NCBI RefSeq assembly: GCF_000010065.1 | Contig: NC_006576.1 | Coordinates: forward strand, 2,190,001-2,222,000 | Source of the DNA: Synechococcus elongatus PCC 6301 | GTDB taxonomy: Bacteria > Cyanobacteriota > Cyanobacteriia > Synechococcales > Synechococcaceae | Reading direction: 5' to 3' | Length of the DNA stretch: 32,000 bases | In this document: positions 18,970 through 26,729 of the stretch, piece by piece | Position numbering within the stretch: position 1 is the stretch's first letter | How the letters are laid out: every line of letters starts with the position of its first letter | Notes under the pieces: model-generated | Seen by the model: the letters and a program-made list of their open reading frames with translations, nothing else | Told to the model about the DNA's origin: nothing | Databases searched by the model: none | Translations under genes and position numbers: made by a program

Positions 18970-19662
18970 ATGGAGTCGGCGGACGCTGAGTTTCAGAATT
19001 CAAGCGCTTCTGCAGAGGCAAGTAATGCTCTTTGCCGGTATCTTGGCAATACCATTCGTGAATTGCGGCAGCGCCACGATTTGACGATTGCAGAGGTCTC
19101 TCAGAAGGCTGGAATTTCGCGTGGAATGCTGTCAAAAATTGAGAATGCTCAAACGTCAGCAAGCTTAGAAACTTTAGAGAGGCTTGTCTCAGTCTTGGGA
19201 GTCTCTCTGAGTGCTCTTTTTAAGGGCTATGAAGCCTCTTCTGAACAGGTTTTTTTGGTTCCAGAGGGCACTGCCAAAGAAGTTGTTCGACGTGGCACCC
19301 GCAACGGCCATACTTATCAGCTTTTAGCGAGTGATCCAACTGCTCAGTTTTGCTTTGAATCGTTTTTGATTACACTTCATGAACGATCAGAGCCGTTTGC
19401 TGCTTTTGAACACCCGGGATTTGAGTCGATCTATGTTCTAGAAGGGAAAATGCAGTATCGCCATGGCAGCCAGTCTTACTTGTTAAAAGCGGGTGATGCT
19501 CTGACTTTCCAAAGTGATATTCCTCATGGCCCTGAGCTGCTGATTGATCTGCCGATTCGGTTTTTGGCAACAGTTTTTAATTCGAAAGGGCCGATTCCTG
19601 ACTTCATTGCTTCACCTTCCGTTGAGATTAGTGAAGTGGAAAGCTCAGAAGATGTGGAATAA
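18970..19662 (+). CDS. XRE-family HTH transcriptional regulator with C-terminal cupin sensor domain
   Basis: A 230-aa ORF. The HTH_3-type motif is LGNTIRELRQRHDLTIAEVSQKAGISRGMLSKIENAQTSASLETLERLVSVLGVSLSALF. The cupin beta-barrel motif is YVLEGKMQYRHGSQSYLLKAGDALTFQSDIPHGP. The architecture resembles PuuR-type regulators. Confidence 0.85.
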   Translation: MESADAEFQNSSASAEASNALCRYLGNTIRELRQRHDLTIAEVSQKAGISRGMLSKIENAQTSASLETLERLVSVLGVSLSALFKGYEASSEQVFLVPEGTAKEVVRRGTRNGHTYQLLASDPTAQFCFESFLITLHERSEPFAAFEHPGFESIYVLEGKMQYRHGSQSYLLKAGDALTFQSDIPHGPELLIDLPIRFLATVFNSKGPIPDFIASPSVEISEVESSEDVE

Positions 19663-19865
19663 GAGAGTTGCCCATCCTGAAGTATGGTTCCCGTAATCTG
19701 TGCTGGCCTTCGTCGATCAACTACTCTGATCAGAACCGTTTCAGCGAACGCCTGACTGCTGACTGTTCGCGAGCGACTGGCGGGATCACCCACTGACCTC
19801 TACCGCGATCGCCGGAGTGGGCGCTAAAGTCTGGGAAGTTTGCGCCGTCCCCCAGACTCCAGCCC

Positions 19866-20510
19866 ATGGCGACTGTTGTGTTTATTGGCTATAGCTTTTT
19901 GCATAGCCTGTTGTTGTTCGGAGCCCTGCTGCTCAGTTGGCGATCGCCCGGTTGGGACACGGCCATCCTTGCATTTGTGGCGATCGGGCTGGTCTACGAT
20001 AACGCGATCGTGGCGGCTGGCCGCTGGATTGGTGAAGGCGATCGCTTGGCGGGTCTGGCACGCTGGCGTTATTTACTTCATATTTTTGGTTCACCACTGT
20101 TGATCGTTGCGGGTTGGCAAGTGGCGTTGCGGGCAGGGTTTGCTTGGGCGGAAACATCAACGGCTTTGTGGCTGGCGATCGCGCTGACTGCCAGTCTGAT
20201 TGGCGTTGACCTCTGGACGCGCTATCGCGGTTTGGAACTTGCCCCCGTCAACTTCGGTGGCACGCTGCGCTATAAAGATGTCCGTTTCAATCCTGAGATT
20301 CCTGTCATTCTGACCACGCTGATCCTGCTGGGGCTGGGCGTTCTCTTCGATCGCCAGCGCCAATGGCCGTGGTTGGAAGCGGGAGCGATCGCCATGTTGG
20401 TGACCGGCGCTATTCCGATTCGGCTGGTGGGGGTGCTGGCTAGTAATGGCGGTGAAGTGCTGTTTTGCGCCAGTCTGCTGTTGAGTGTGTGGCACTTCAG
20501 TCATGGCTAA
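19866..20510 (+). CDS. hypothetical integral membrane protein (about 6 predicted hydrophobic segments)
   Basis: A 214-aa ORF rich in L/A/G/I/W hydrophobic stretches. Its stop overlaps the next gene's start (ATGGCTAA, 20503-20510), suggesting an operon and translational coupling. Confidence 0.65.
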   Translation: MATVVFIGYSFLHSLLLFGALLLSWRSPGWDTAILAFVAIGLVYDNAIVAAGRWIGEGDRLAGLARWRYLLHIFGSPLLIVAGWQVALRAGFAWAETSTALWLAIALTASLIGVDLWTRYRGLELAPVNFGGTLRYKDVRFNPEIPVILTTLILLGLGVLFDRQRQWPWLEAGAIAMLVTGAIPIRLVGVLASNGGEVLFCASLLLSVWHFSHG

Positions 20511-21507
20511 TCTAGACGTCGCGCTGCTACCGAATCACTGGTACGCGATCGCTGCCAGTACTGATCTGGGTTCCACACCGATCGCAGCGTCGCTACTCGA
20601 TCAACAGCTGGTGGTCTATCGCACTACTGCTGGACAAGTTGTGGTGCTCGACGATCGCTGCCCCCACCGTGGGGCTTCGCTAGCCTGCGGTCAGGTCAAG
20701 GGCAACGCGATTGCCTGTCCCTATCACGGTTGGCAATTTGATCTCGATGGTCATTGCGCTCAGATTCCATCTCAGCAGGCTTCGGCACGAATTCCCCAAG
20801 CGGCAAAAGTGGCGAGCTATCCTGTCCAGGAGCGCTATGGCTTGATTTGGGTGTTCACCGGCGATCGCGATCGGGCGGCACAAACGCCGTTGTGGGAACT
20901 GCCGGAATATGACCAAGCCGGTTGGCGGGTGGTTCAAGGTCAGTTCGATTGGGCGGCAGACTATCGTCGCGTTACCGAAAATGGCATGGATGTGGCCCAT
21001 TCACCCTTCGTGCATGCCAATTCCTTTGGTGCTAGCGGCAATGAAGTGATCGCCGATTTTGAGTTGGAAAAGAGCGATCTCGGCGCCCAAATCTGGATTC
21101 CGATCGAGCCGAAGGCGAACTATCGTGGCAGCTTCAACCTGCTAGGACGCAAGCAAGAAACCCCCAAGGCAGGGCGATCGGGGGCAGCCTTTCACTTACC
21201 GAACATCACTCGTATCGATATTGAATTCGGCAACTTTCATTTGATCTTGGTCGGTATTCACCAGCCGATCTCGGCCACAACGACCCGTAGTCACTGGCTC
21301 CATGTCCGCAATTTCTTGACGGCAGGCTGGGCGGATGGTGGGACACGCAAACGCACCGCCAAGCTTTTTCAGGAAGATCAAAAGATCATTGAGGGGATTG
21401 CTCCTCTGCGCGATCGCAATGAAATTTCGGTTGCCTCCGATCGCCTGCAACTCTACTACCGCCAGCTCTGGCAACAGCACCATTCCTCCCTCGTCGCCCA
21501 AGGCTGA
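20503..21507 (+). CDS. Rieske [2Fe-2S] non-haem iron oxygenase, pheophorbide-a-oxygenase (PAO/Tic55/LLS1)-like family
   Basis: The Rieske motif is CPHRGASL...CPYHGWQF. The mononuclear-iron motif is ENGMDVAHSPFVH (E-x3-D-x2-H-x4-H). I place the start at ATG 20503 (MANLDVALLPNHWYAIA) rather than the upstream alternative start at 20485. Confidence 0.87.
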   Translation: MANLDVALLPNHWYAIAASTDLGSTPIAASLLDQQLVVYRTTAGQVVVLDDRCPHRGASLACGQVKGNAIACPYHGWQFDLDGHCAQIPSQQASARIPQAAKVASYPVQERYGLIWVFTGDRDRAAQTPLWELPEYDQAGWRVVQGQFDWAADYRRVTENGMDVAHSPFVHANSFGASGNEVIADFELEKSDLGAQIWIPIEPKANYRGSFNLLGRKQETPKAGRSGAAFHLPNITRIDIEFGNFHLILVGIHQPISATTTRSHWLHVRNFLTAGWADGGTRKRTAKLFQEDQKIIEGIAPLRDRNEISVASDRLQLYYRQLWQQHHSSLVAQG

Positions 21508-21510
21508 ACC

Positions 21511-22548
21511 ATGTTTCTCAAGAACTACTGGTATCCCGTGGCGCTGGCTCAGAAGGTCGGCGATCGCCCCCTGTCTGTCACTCTCTGCGGTGAAGCGATC
21601 GCCCTCTACCGCGACAGTGCGGGTCAAATTCACGCCTTGAGCGATCGCTGTGTGCATCGGGGTGCAGCACTTTCCGGCGGCTGGGTTGAAAATGACTGTC
21701 TCGTCTGTCCGTACCACGGTTGGCAGTACGACGCCCAAGGGCACTGCCGCAAAATTCCTGCCAATACGGAGCAACAGCGCATTCCCTTTGCAGCCAAAGT
21801 TCCCCACTATGATGCGATCGAACGCTACGGCCTAGTCTGGCTGTTCTACGGCGATCTACCTGAAGCGGATCGTCCACCCTTGCCGCCCTTGCCGGAATAC
21901 GACGATCCAGCCTGGCGCACCGTGCAGGGTGAAGTGACCTACACCACCCACTACACCCGCGTCACCGAAAACCTGATGGATTTCGCCCATGCACCCTTCA
22001 CCCACTCGGGTTCGTTTGGGGCAGCGTCCGATCCATTAATTGAGCCTTACAAAGTCGAACAACTTCCAGACGGTCTACGCGCCCAAACCCAGTTCACAAA
22101 TCGGCCTATCGCGGCATTTGGAAGCTGTTCAATCGTGGCGATGCCCCACGTACCGTCACCACCACAATCACCCTTTACATGCCCTGCATCGTCCGCACCG
22201 AAACGGACTTAGGCAACGGCTTCCGCTTCATTGGCTACGGTGCCAATCTGCCGATCGATGCCGAGACCACCAAGACCTTTTGGCTGACCGTGCGCACCTT
22301 CTTTACCGGTGCTTGGGCGGATGGCGACACGGTGCGCCGCAGTCTCAAAATCATCGAAGAGGACAAACGGATCGTCGAAACCCAGCGTCCCAAGATGATT
22401 CCCTTGGACGATCGCAGTGAAACCCACGTCGCCGCTGATGCCCTACAAATCGGGCTACCGCAACTTGCTGCGACAAGCCCGCGATCGCGGTTGGGCAATT
22501 GCCGAATCTCAGCCAGCCGATCAGGAACTGGTGCCCGCCGCTAAGTAG
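21511..22548 (+). pseudogene. second PAO-like Rieske oxygenase (tandem paralogue), disrupted by two compensating 1-nt frameshifts (about 22105-22107 and 22452-22455)
   Basis: Segment 1 is in frame 1: MFLKNYWYPVAL...CVHRGAAL...CPYHGWQY...ENLMDFAHAPFTH...QFTNRP. Segment 2 is in frame 3: YRGIWKLFNRGDAPRTVTTTITLYMPCIVRTETDLGNGFRF...TFWLTVRTFFTGAWADGDT...HVAADALQIG. Segment 3 is back in frame 1: YRNLLRQARDRGWAIAESQPADQELVPAAK, stop at 22546-22548. All three align with the intact paralogue at 20503..21507. Confidence 0.8.
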
Positions 22549-23759
22549 TCACCCAGCAGTTTCACTGCTTTAGAAACCCCATTCTCTGCCCGTAGCCGTT
22601 CCCCGATCGCCTGCGCCCGCGATCGCATTTGCGGATCGCTGACGGCTTGGGCGATCGCAGTCGCCAGAGTCTCAGCCGTCAAACCCTCGCGGGTAATTGG
22701 GGATGGCCCTGCCCCTAGTTCTGCGACCCGCTTGCCCCAAAAGGCTTGGTCATTGCCGTAGGCCGTGATGATTGTTGGCAACCCTGCCTGCAAACTCGCT
22801 GCCGTGGTACCACAACCACCGTGATGCACTGCCGCTGCGAGGCGCGGAAACAGCAGGCCAAAGGGCGCGGACTCTAGTGGAAACACCGTGTCTGGTAGCT
22901 GAGAGCGGTCGATCCGGCTCCAGCCTGCTAGCAAAATGCCCCGCTGATTACTTTTCTGCAGCGCTTCGACTGCGATCGCGGTCAACCGCTCCGGTTCTTG
23001 GTCGACCATGCTGCCAAAGCCAATGAACACCGGCGGCTCACCCGCTGCTAGAAAGGCTTCCAGTTCGGGTGAGAGCGTTGCCTCAGCTTCCGGTAGCAGC
23101 CAATAACCCGTCAGATGCGCTTGCTCTGGCCAGTCTGCAGGTTTCGGCAAGGTCACTTCACTGAGTGGATGCAAGAAGACTTGCCCTCTGCGCACCAGCT
23201 GTTTGTAAGGACTGCTCCAACTCAAGGGCTTCAGTCCTAGATCAGAAATGCGCCACTCGTTGACCGTCTTGCGAGTCGCCACCCAGAGCAATTTATCGAC
23301 GGCATAGTGACTGAGCCAATTGCCCCAGCCACCTCCCAGCATGAAGTTCGGCGGAAACCAAGGGCTCGCAAAGGCTTGGGTAAACCCGTAGGGCGTGGGC
23401 GATCCCAGAAAGCAAGGAATCTTCAGCGCTTCGGCAATATGAGTCGCACCCCGCGCATTCGGCGAAGCCACGATCGCATCCGCATCCTGACAAGCCGCCC
23501 AAGAATCCTTGAGAATCTGGCCTAGCAGCTGCGCTGCCGCCGCGACCGTTTCCTTGGAGTAAGCGCCTGATTGCTGCTGCACCCCTTGGGGATCACCCGC
23601 CACCAACCGAAACTCCAGCCCCAGCCCTTCCACCATCGACTGATAGTTGGTTGCGTGGCGATCGCCACCTCATAGCCCGCCGCTTTCAGCCCCAAACCCA
23701 GCGCCATAAACGGTTGGACGTCACCGCGCGTCCCAATCGTTCAGAATGACAATCCGCAT
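22521..23759 (-). pseudogene. GT1-family UDP-glycosyltransferase (MGT / sterol- or macrolide-glycosyltransferase-like), disrupted by two 1-nt frameshifts near the 5' end
   Basis: ATG 23759 gives MRIVIL, then an extra base (about 23740-23741). The shifted frame reads TIGTRGDVQPFMALGLGLKAAGYEVAIATQP, then a missing base (about 23646-23648). The original frame resumes with NYQSMVEGLGLEFRLVAGDPQ...HHGGCGTTAASLQAGLPTIITAYGNDQAFWG. The unshifted frame hits TGA at 23723-23721. Confidence 0.8.
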
Positions 23760-23907
23760 CACTGAATACCCATCCTCCCAGACCTCAACGTCCTATCACC
23801 AGACCAACTCTTTAGCCCATATCAGGATGCTGGCTCCGACAAGTTGACTAATTGCGCAGCTAGGCTCTCACCAGTCAAAACCCCACCGACCCTCCTTTTG
23901 CGGGGGG

Positions 23908-23962
23908 CTGGGGGAGTCGAGGCCCCCAGTGCGTGGGTGTGGGGGTGCGCAATCACCCCCAC
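23908..23962 (-). terminator. two adjacent G5/C5 hairpins downstream of the methyltransferase gene (possible terminator or insulator)
   Basis: CTGGGGG-(8 nt)-CCCCCAG lies at 23908-23929 and GTGGGGGTG-(6 nt)-CACCCCCAC at 23939-23962. They sit 46-100 nt past the stop at 24008 on the minus strand. No clean U-tract follows. Confidence 0.3.
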
Positions 23963-24007
23963 GGACAGAGGCTTTAGATGTCTTCACCAGCAGACCCTCG
24001 CAATCCT

Positions 24008-24700
24008 TTACGCCGCTGGACGAGTTAACAGCAGCATTTGCGTTTCGCCATAGACCGGATCTCGCACCGCTTTCAGTTCCGCCGGAATTCCCGCTGCCGT
24101 CAGATCGCTCAGCAGCTGTGCCACGTAGGCATGGCTGCCGCCGCCACTGCCCCGCGTCGGGGAAATGCGCACCTCGCGATCGCAAACCCGATAGAGCTCC
24201 AGCACCGATTGGTAGTGGAAGGGATAGTTAAAACCGTCATCGCTGGCGTAGATGAACAGGAAGTTGCCGCAGAGGACGCGATCGAACTGGCGATCGTCGA
24301 AAGGCAAGACCGGCAGTGCCGCTTGAATGTAGCGATCGCGATTGGCTTCAAAATCCGCAAGAAATCCAGCTGCTGCCTGACGTGCCGAGCCTTCCACCAA
24401 GGCAGGATCTGGTGCCGCATCGCCCAACTGGGCCGAGATGATCGGGAATAGCTGCACAACCGTATCGATATCGGCCTCGATCCGCTGCCGCACGACTTCC
24501 AGATCGGGGTCATAGGCCGGATCGACTCCGATCGCTGCGATTCCGAGTGCATTGGCCTCCGATACAAACGAGGCAGGCCCGCCCGAGCAGTCGAGGATGC
24601 GATCGCCCTGCCAGTCCGTCGCCTGAAAGCCAAAAATTTGCTCGTACTGGGCCAGGGTCCGGCCGTAAACACAAACTGAAGTGGAGACCGAGTCAGCCAT
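24008..24700 (-). CDS. class I SAM-dependent methyltransferase (substrate unknown)
   Basis: A 230-aa ORF with motif I-like RILDCSGGPASF and an acidic loop AIGVDPAY. It starts 21 nt after the upstream MFS gene on the same strand. Confidence 0.75.
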   Translation of the reverse strand: MADSVSTSVCVYGRTLAQYEQIFGFQATDWQGDRILDCSGGPASFVSEANALGIAAIGVDPAYDPDLEVVRQRIEADIDTVVQLFPIISAQLGDAAPDPALVEGSARQAAAGFLADFEANRDRYIQAALPVLPFDDRQFDRVLCGNFLFIYASDDGFNYPFHYQSVLELYRVCDREVRISPTRGSGGGSHAYVAQLLSDLTAAGIPAELKAVRDPVYGETQMLLLTRPAA

Positions 24701-24721
24701 TGCCGCAGCTCTTAACTGCGG

Positions 24722-25933
24722 TCATTCTAGGGGCTGACGCGATCGCGGCAAGAGCAAGAGAACTGCGATCGCATTCAAAGCAGCCAAACTCCAGAAGAAG
24801 GGATCCGCACCGCCGCGATCGTAAACAACGCCCAAGATCAGCGGGCCAATCACCTGGGCGAGGCTCTGCCAGCCCTGGACACTGCCCAAGACCTGACCCT
24901 GTTCCTCAGCCGTGACACGCCGCGAAAACAAGCCGCTCAAGGCTGGAATCACAAAGCCGCCGAACAGCGCTGTCAAAATCTGAGCCGGATAGAGCTGGCT
25001 TCCTGGAGTGGGCACCTGTGCCAGCCAGAGATAGCCAACGGCCATGCCGCCCAGCCCTATCAACGCCAAGCCCTTTTCTTGGAAGTAGGGCAGTAGCCGC
25101 CCGAAGATCAATCCTTGCCCGAGTGCTGACGTAAATCCACCCGCAATCAAGACACCCGCCACTTGCAACGGTGTCCAGCCAAAGCGATTTTGGACGAACA
25201 GCACAAACAGACTGGTGAAGCCGGCAAAGGCAAAGTTATAGATGAAGGCACTTGCTAGCGATCGCCGTAGTTTGGGGTTACGACTCACTGCCCAGAGCTG
25301 TTTAAGCGGATTGAGATCTTGCCAAGGCACAATGCGGCGACGCTCCGGTGGCAGCGATTCCACGACGGTGAACACCGTTAGGGCTGCGTTGATGAAGGCC
25401 AGAATTGCAGCGAACCAAATTGGTAGCCGCAGGTTAATGCCTGAAAGAAGGCCGCCCAGTGCCGGCCCAAACAAAAAGCCCAATCCGAAGGCTGCACCAA
25501 TCCAGCCAAATTGAGTCGATCGCTTCAGGGGATCCGACTCGCGATCGGCAATGTAGGCTTGGGCGATCGCAAACACCCCACCCGCTAATCCGGCCAAAAT
25601 CCGTGCCGCAAATAACAGCGGTAGATTCTCAACTAAACTCCCTACCGCAAGTAGCACATAGGCCAGTCCCGTAAACACCAGCGTCAGGATCAGTGGCGGG
25701 CGACGACCAAAGCGATCGGAGAGCGAGCCCAGAACGGGCGTCGAAATAAACTGCGCCAAGGTGTAGACGCTGGCAAATGCACCGAGCAGAAAAGCATTGC
25801 TGCCAAAGGGGCGGAGCAGTTCCGGCAGGATCGGCAGCAGTAACGTTACCCCCAAGGCATCCATGAAGACGTTGAGCGCAACTGAGAAGAAGGCGAGGCG
25901 TTGGCGGGCCATAAGCGGGGGAAATACTGCCAC
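24722..25933 (-). CDS. MFS transporter, drug/H+ antiporter-like (TetA/NorA-like, 12-TMS type)
   Basis: A 403-aa ORF, hydrophobic throughout, with MFS motif A GSLSDRFGRRPPL between the predicted TM2 and TM3. Confidence 0.88.
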   Translation of the reverse strand: MAVFPPLMARQRLAFFSVALNVFMDALGVTLLLPILPELLRPFGSNAFLLGAFASVYTLAQFISTPVLGSLSDRFGRRPPLILTLVFTGLAYVLLAVGSLVENLPLLFAARILAGLAGGVFAIAQAYIADRESDPLKRSTQFGWIGAAFGLGFLFGPALGGLLSGINLRLPIWFAAILAFINAALTVFTVVESLPPERRRIVPWQDLNPLKQLWAVSRNPKLRRSLASAFIYNFAFAGFTSLFVLFVQNRFGWTPLQVAGVLIAGGFTSALGQGLIFGRLLPYFQEKGLALIGLGGMAVGYLWLAQVPTPGSQLYPAQILTALFGGFVIPALSGLFSRRVTAEEQGQVLGSVQGWQSLAQVIGPLILGVVYDRGGADPFFWSLAALNAIAVLLLLPRSRQPLE

Positions 25934-26025
25934 GATTCACGCAGGCTCAGCCAAGCCTGTCAATTCAGACGAGTGAACTGCGATCGCCCCCTAAGATCAA
26001 AAGCGGCGCAATTCCCCCAGAATGC

Positions 26026-26607
26026 ATGGACGCAATGGAATTCTTCCGGCAGAGTGCCGGTCAGTGGCGATCGCAGCGAACCACCCATCACCTTGCCTTT
26101 CGGCGAGCAGAGAATGGTGACTCCAGCATCTCGGTAGAAGCCCTAGAGAAAGACGATCCGCGCGTCATTGAGATCTGCACCATGCATGAGGTCGATCCGG
26201 CTACCGCGATCGGGGGAGCTTACGTCAGTTGGCAAGGGTCGATGGAATGGGATCGCGACGCGGAAGGCCATTCCGGGACGACTGTATTTGCGCTCGTACC
26301 CGATGATGCCAGTGGCCGCAGTGGTCAACTTCTGCGCGAGCGGGGCTATGCCGAAATCGTGCCGGTGATCGGTCGCTTCGAGCTCGATGAGAACAACAAC
26401 CTCAACCTCGTGACCGACTACGAAACCATGAGTGCTGTCGAGCAATTTTGGTTTATGGGGCCTAGCCTACGCCTCCGAGCCAGTACGGTGACTCGCTTTG
26501 GGGGGCTGAGCACCGCAGCTTTCTGTGCGGAAGTGCGTCAGACCGAAGCTGCAGCCGACAGTGAACCCCTAAAAGCGGATCAGCTCTACTCCAGCTTGGG
26601 TTGGTAG
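26026..26607 (+). CDS. cpcS: phycobiliprotein chromophore lyase, CpcS/CpeS family
   Basis: A 193-aa ORF. The N-terminal signature MEFFRQSAGQWRSQRTTHHLAF is characteristic of the CpcS/CpeS (S/U-type) bilin lyases. It lies next to cpcG. Confidence 0.8.
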   Translation: MDAMEFFRQSAGQWRSQRTTHHLAFRRAENGDSSISVEALEKDDPRVIEICTMHEVDPATAIGGAYVSWQGSMEWDRDAEGHSGTTVFALVPDDASGRSGQLLRERGYAEIVPVIGRFELDENNNLNLVTDYETMSAVEQFWFMGPSLRLRASTVTRFGGLSTAAFCAEVRQTEAAADSEPLKADQLYSSLGW

Positions 26608-26729
26608 GAAAAGCAGCGATCGTTAAGCTCTGTAAGAATTTCGCGGTTGAATTCCGGTGGCGTTCCCCGACGCCGATATGATTGGGCTTAATCTTCGCAA
26701 GAATTCGTAAGGTTAGGGAGTTTTATTGC

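Noticed and set aside
18117-19804. HIP1-free 1.7-kb stretch taken on its own as proof of horizontal transfer
   Set aside because: psaA/psaB contain comparable HIP1-free stretches (about 560-1923 and 1923-4139). The gap is therefore only supportive when combined with the GC and codon shift, not diagnostic.
22040-22420. 126-aa frame-2 ORF inside the second Rieske gene
   Set aside because: It is H/R/Q-rich nonsense. The frame-3 reading of the same DNA aligns residue by residue with the intact paralogue.
23844-24231. ORFs 23844..24053 (+), 23868..24185 (-) and 23929..24231 (+)
   Set aside because: They span the hairpin-rich spacer and the 3' end of the methyltransferase gene in wrong frames. 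They are G/R/P-rich with no motifs.
24038-25940. Alternative-frame ORFs over the methyltransferase and MFS genes (for example 24109..24672, 187 aa; 25629..25940, 103 aa)
   Set aside because: They are shadow frames. The annotated frames carry the SAM-binding motif and MFS motif A respectively.
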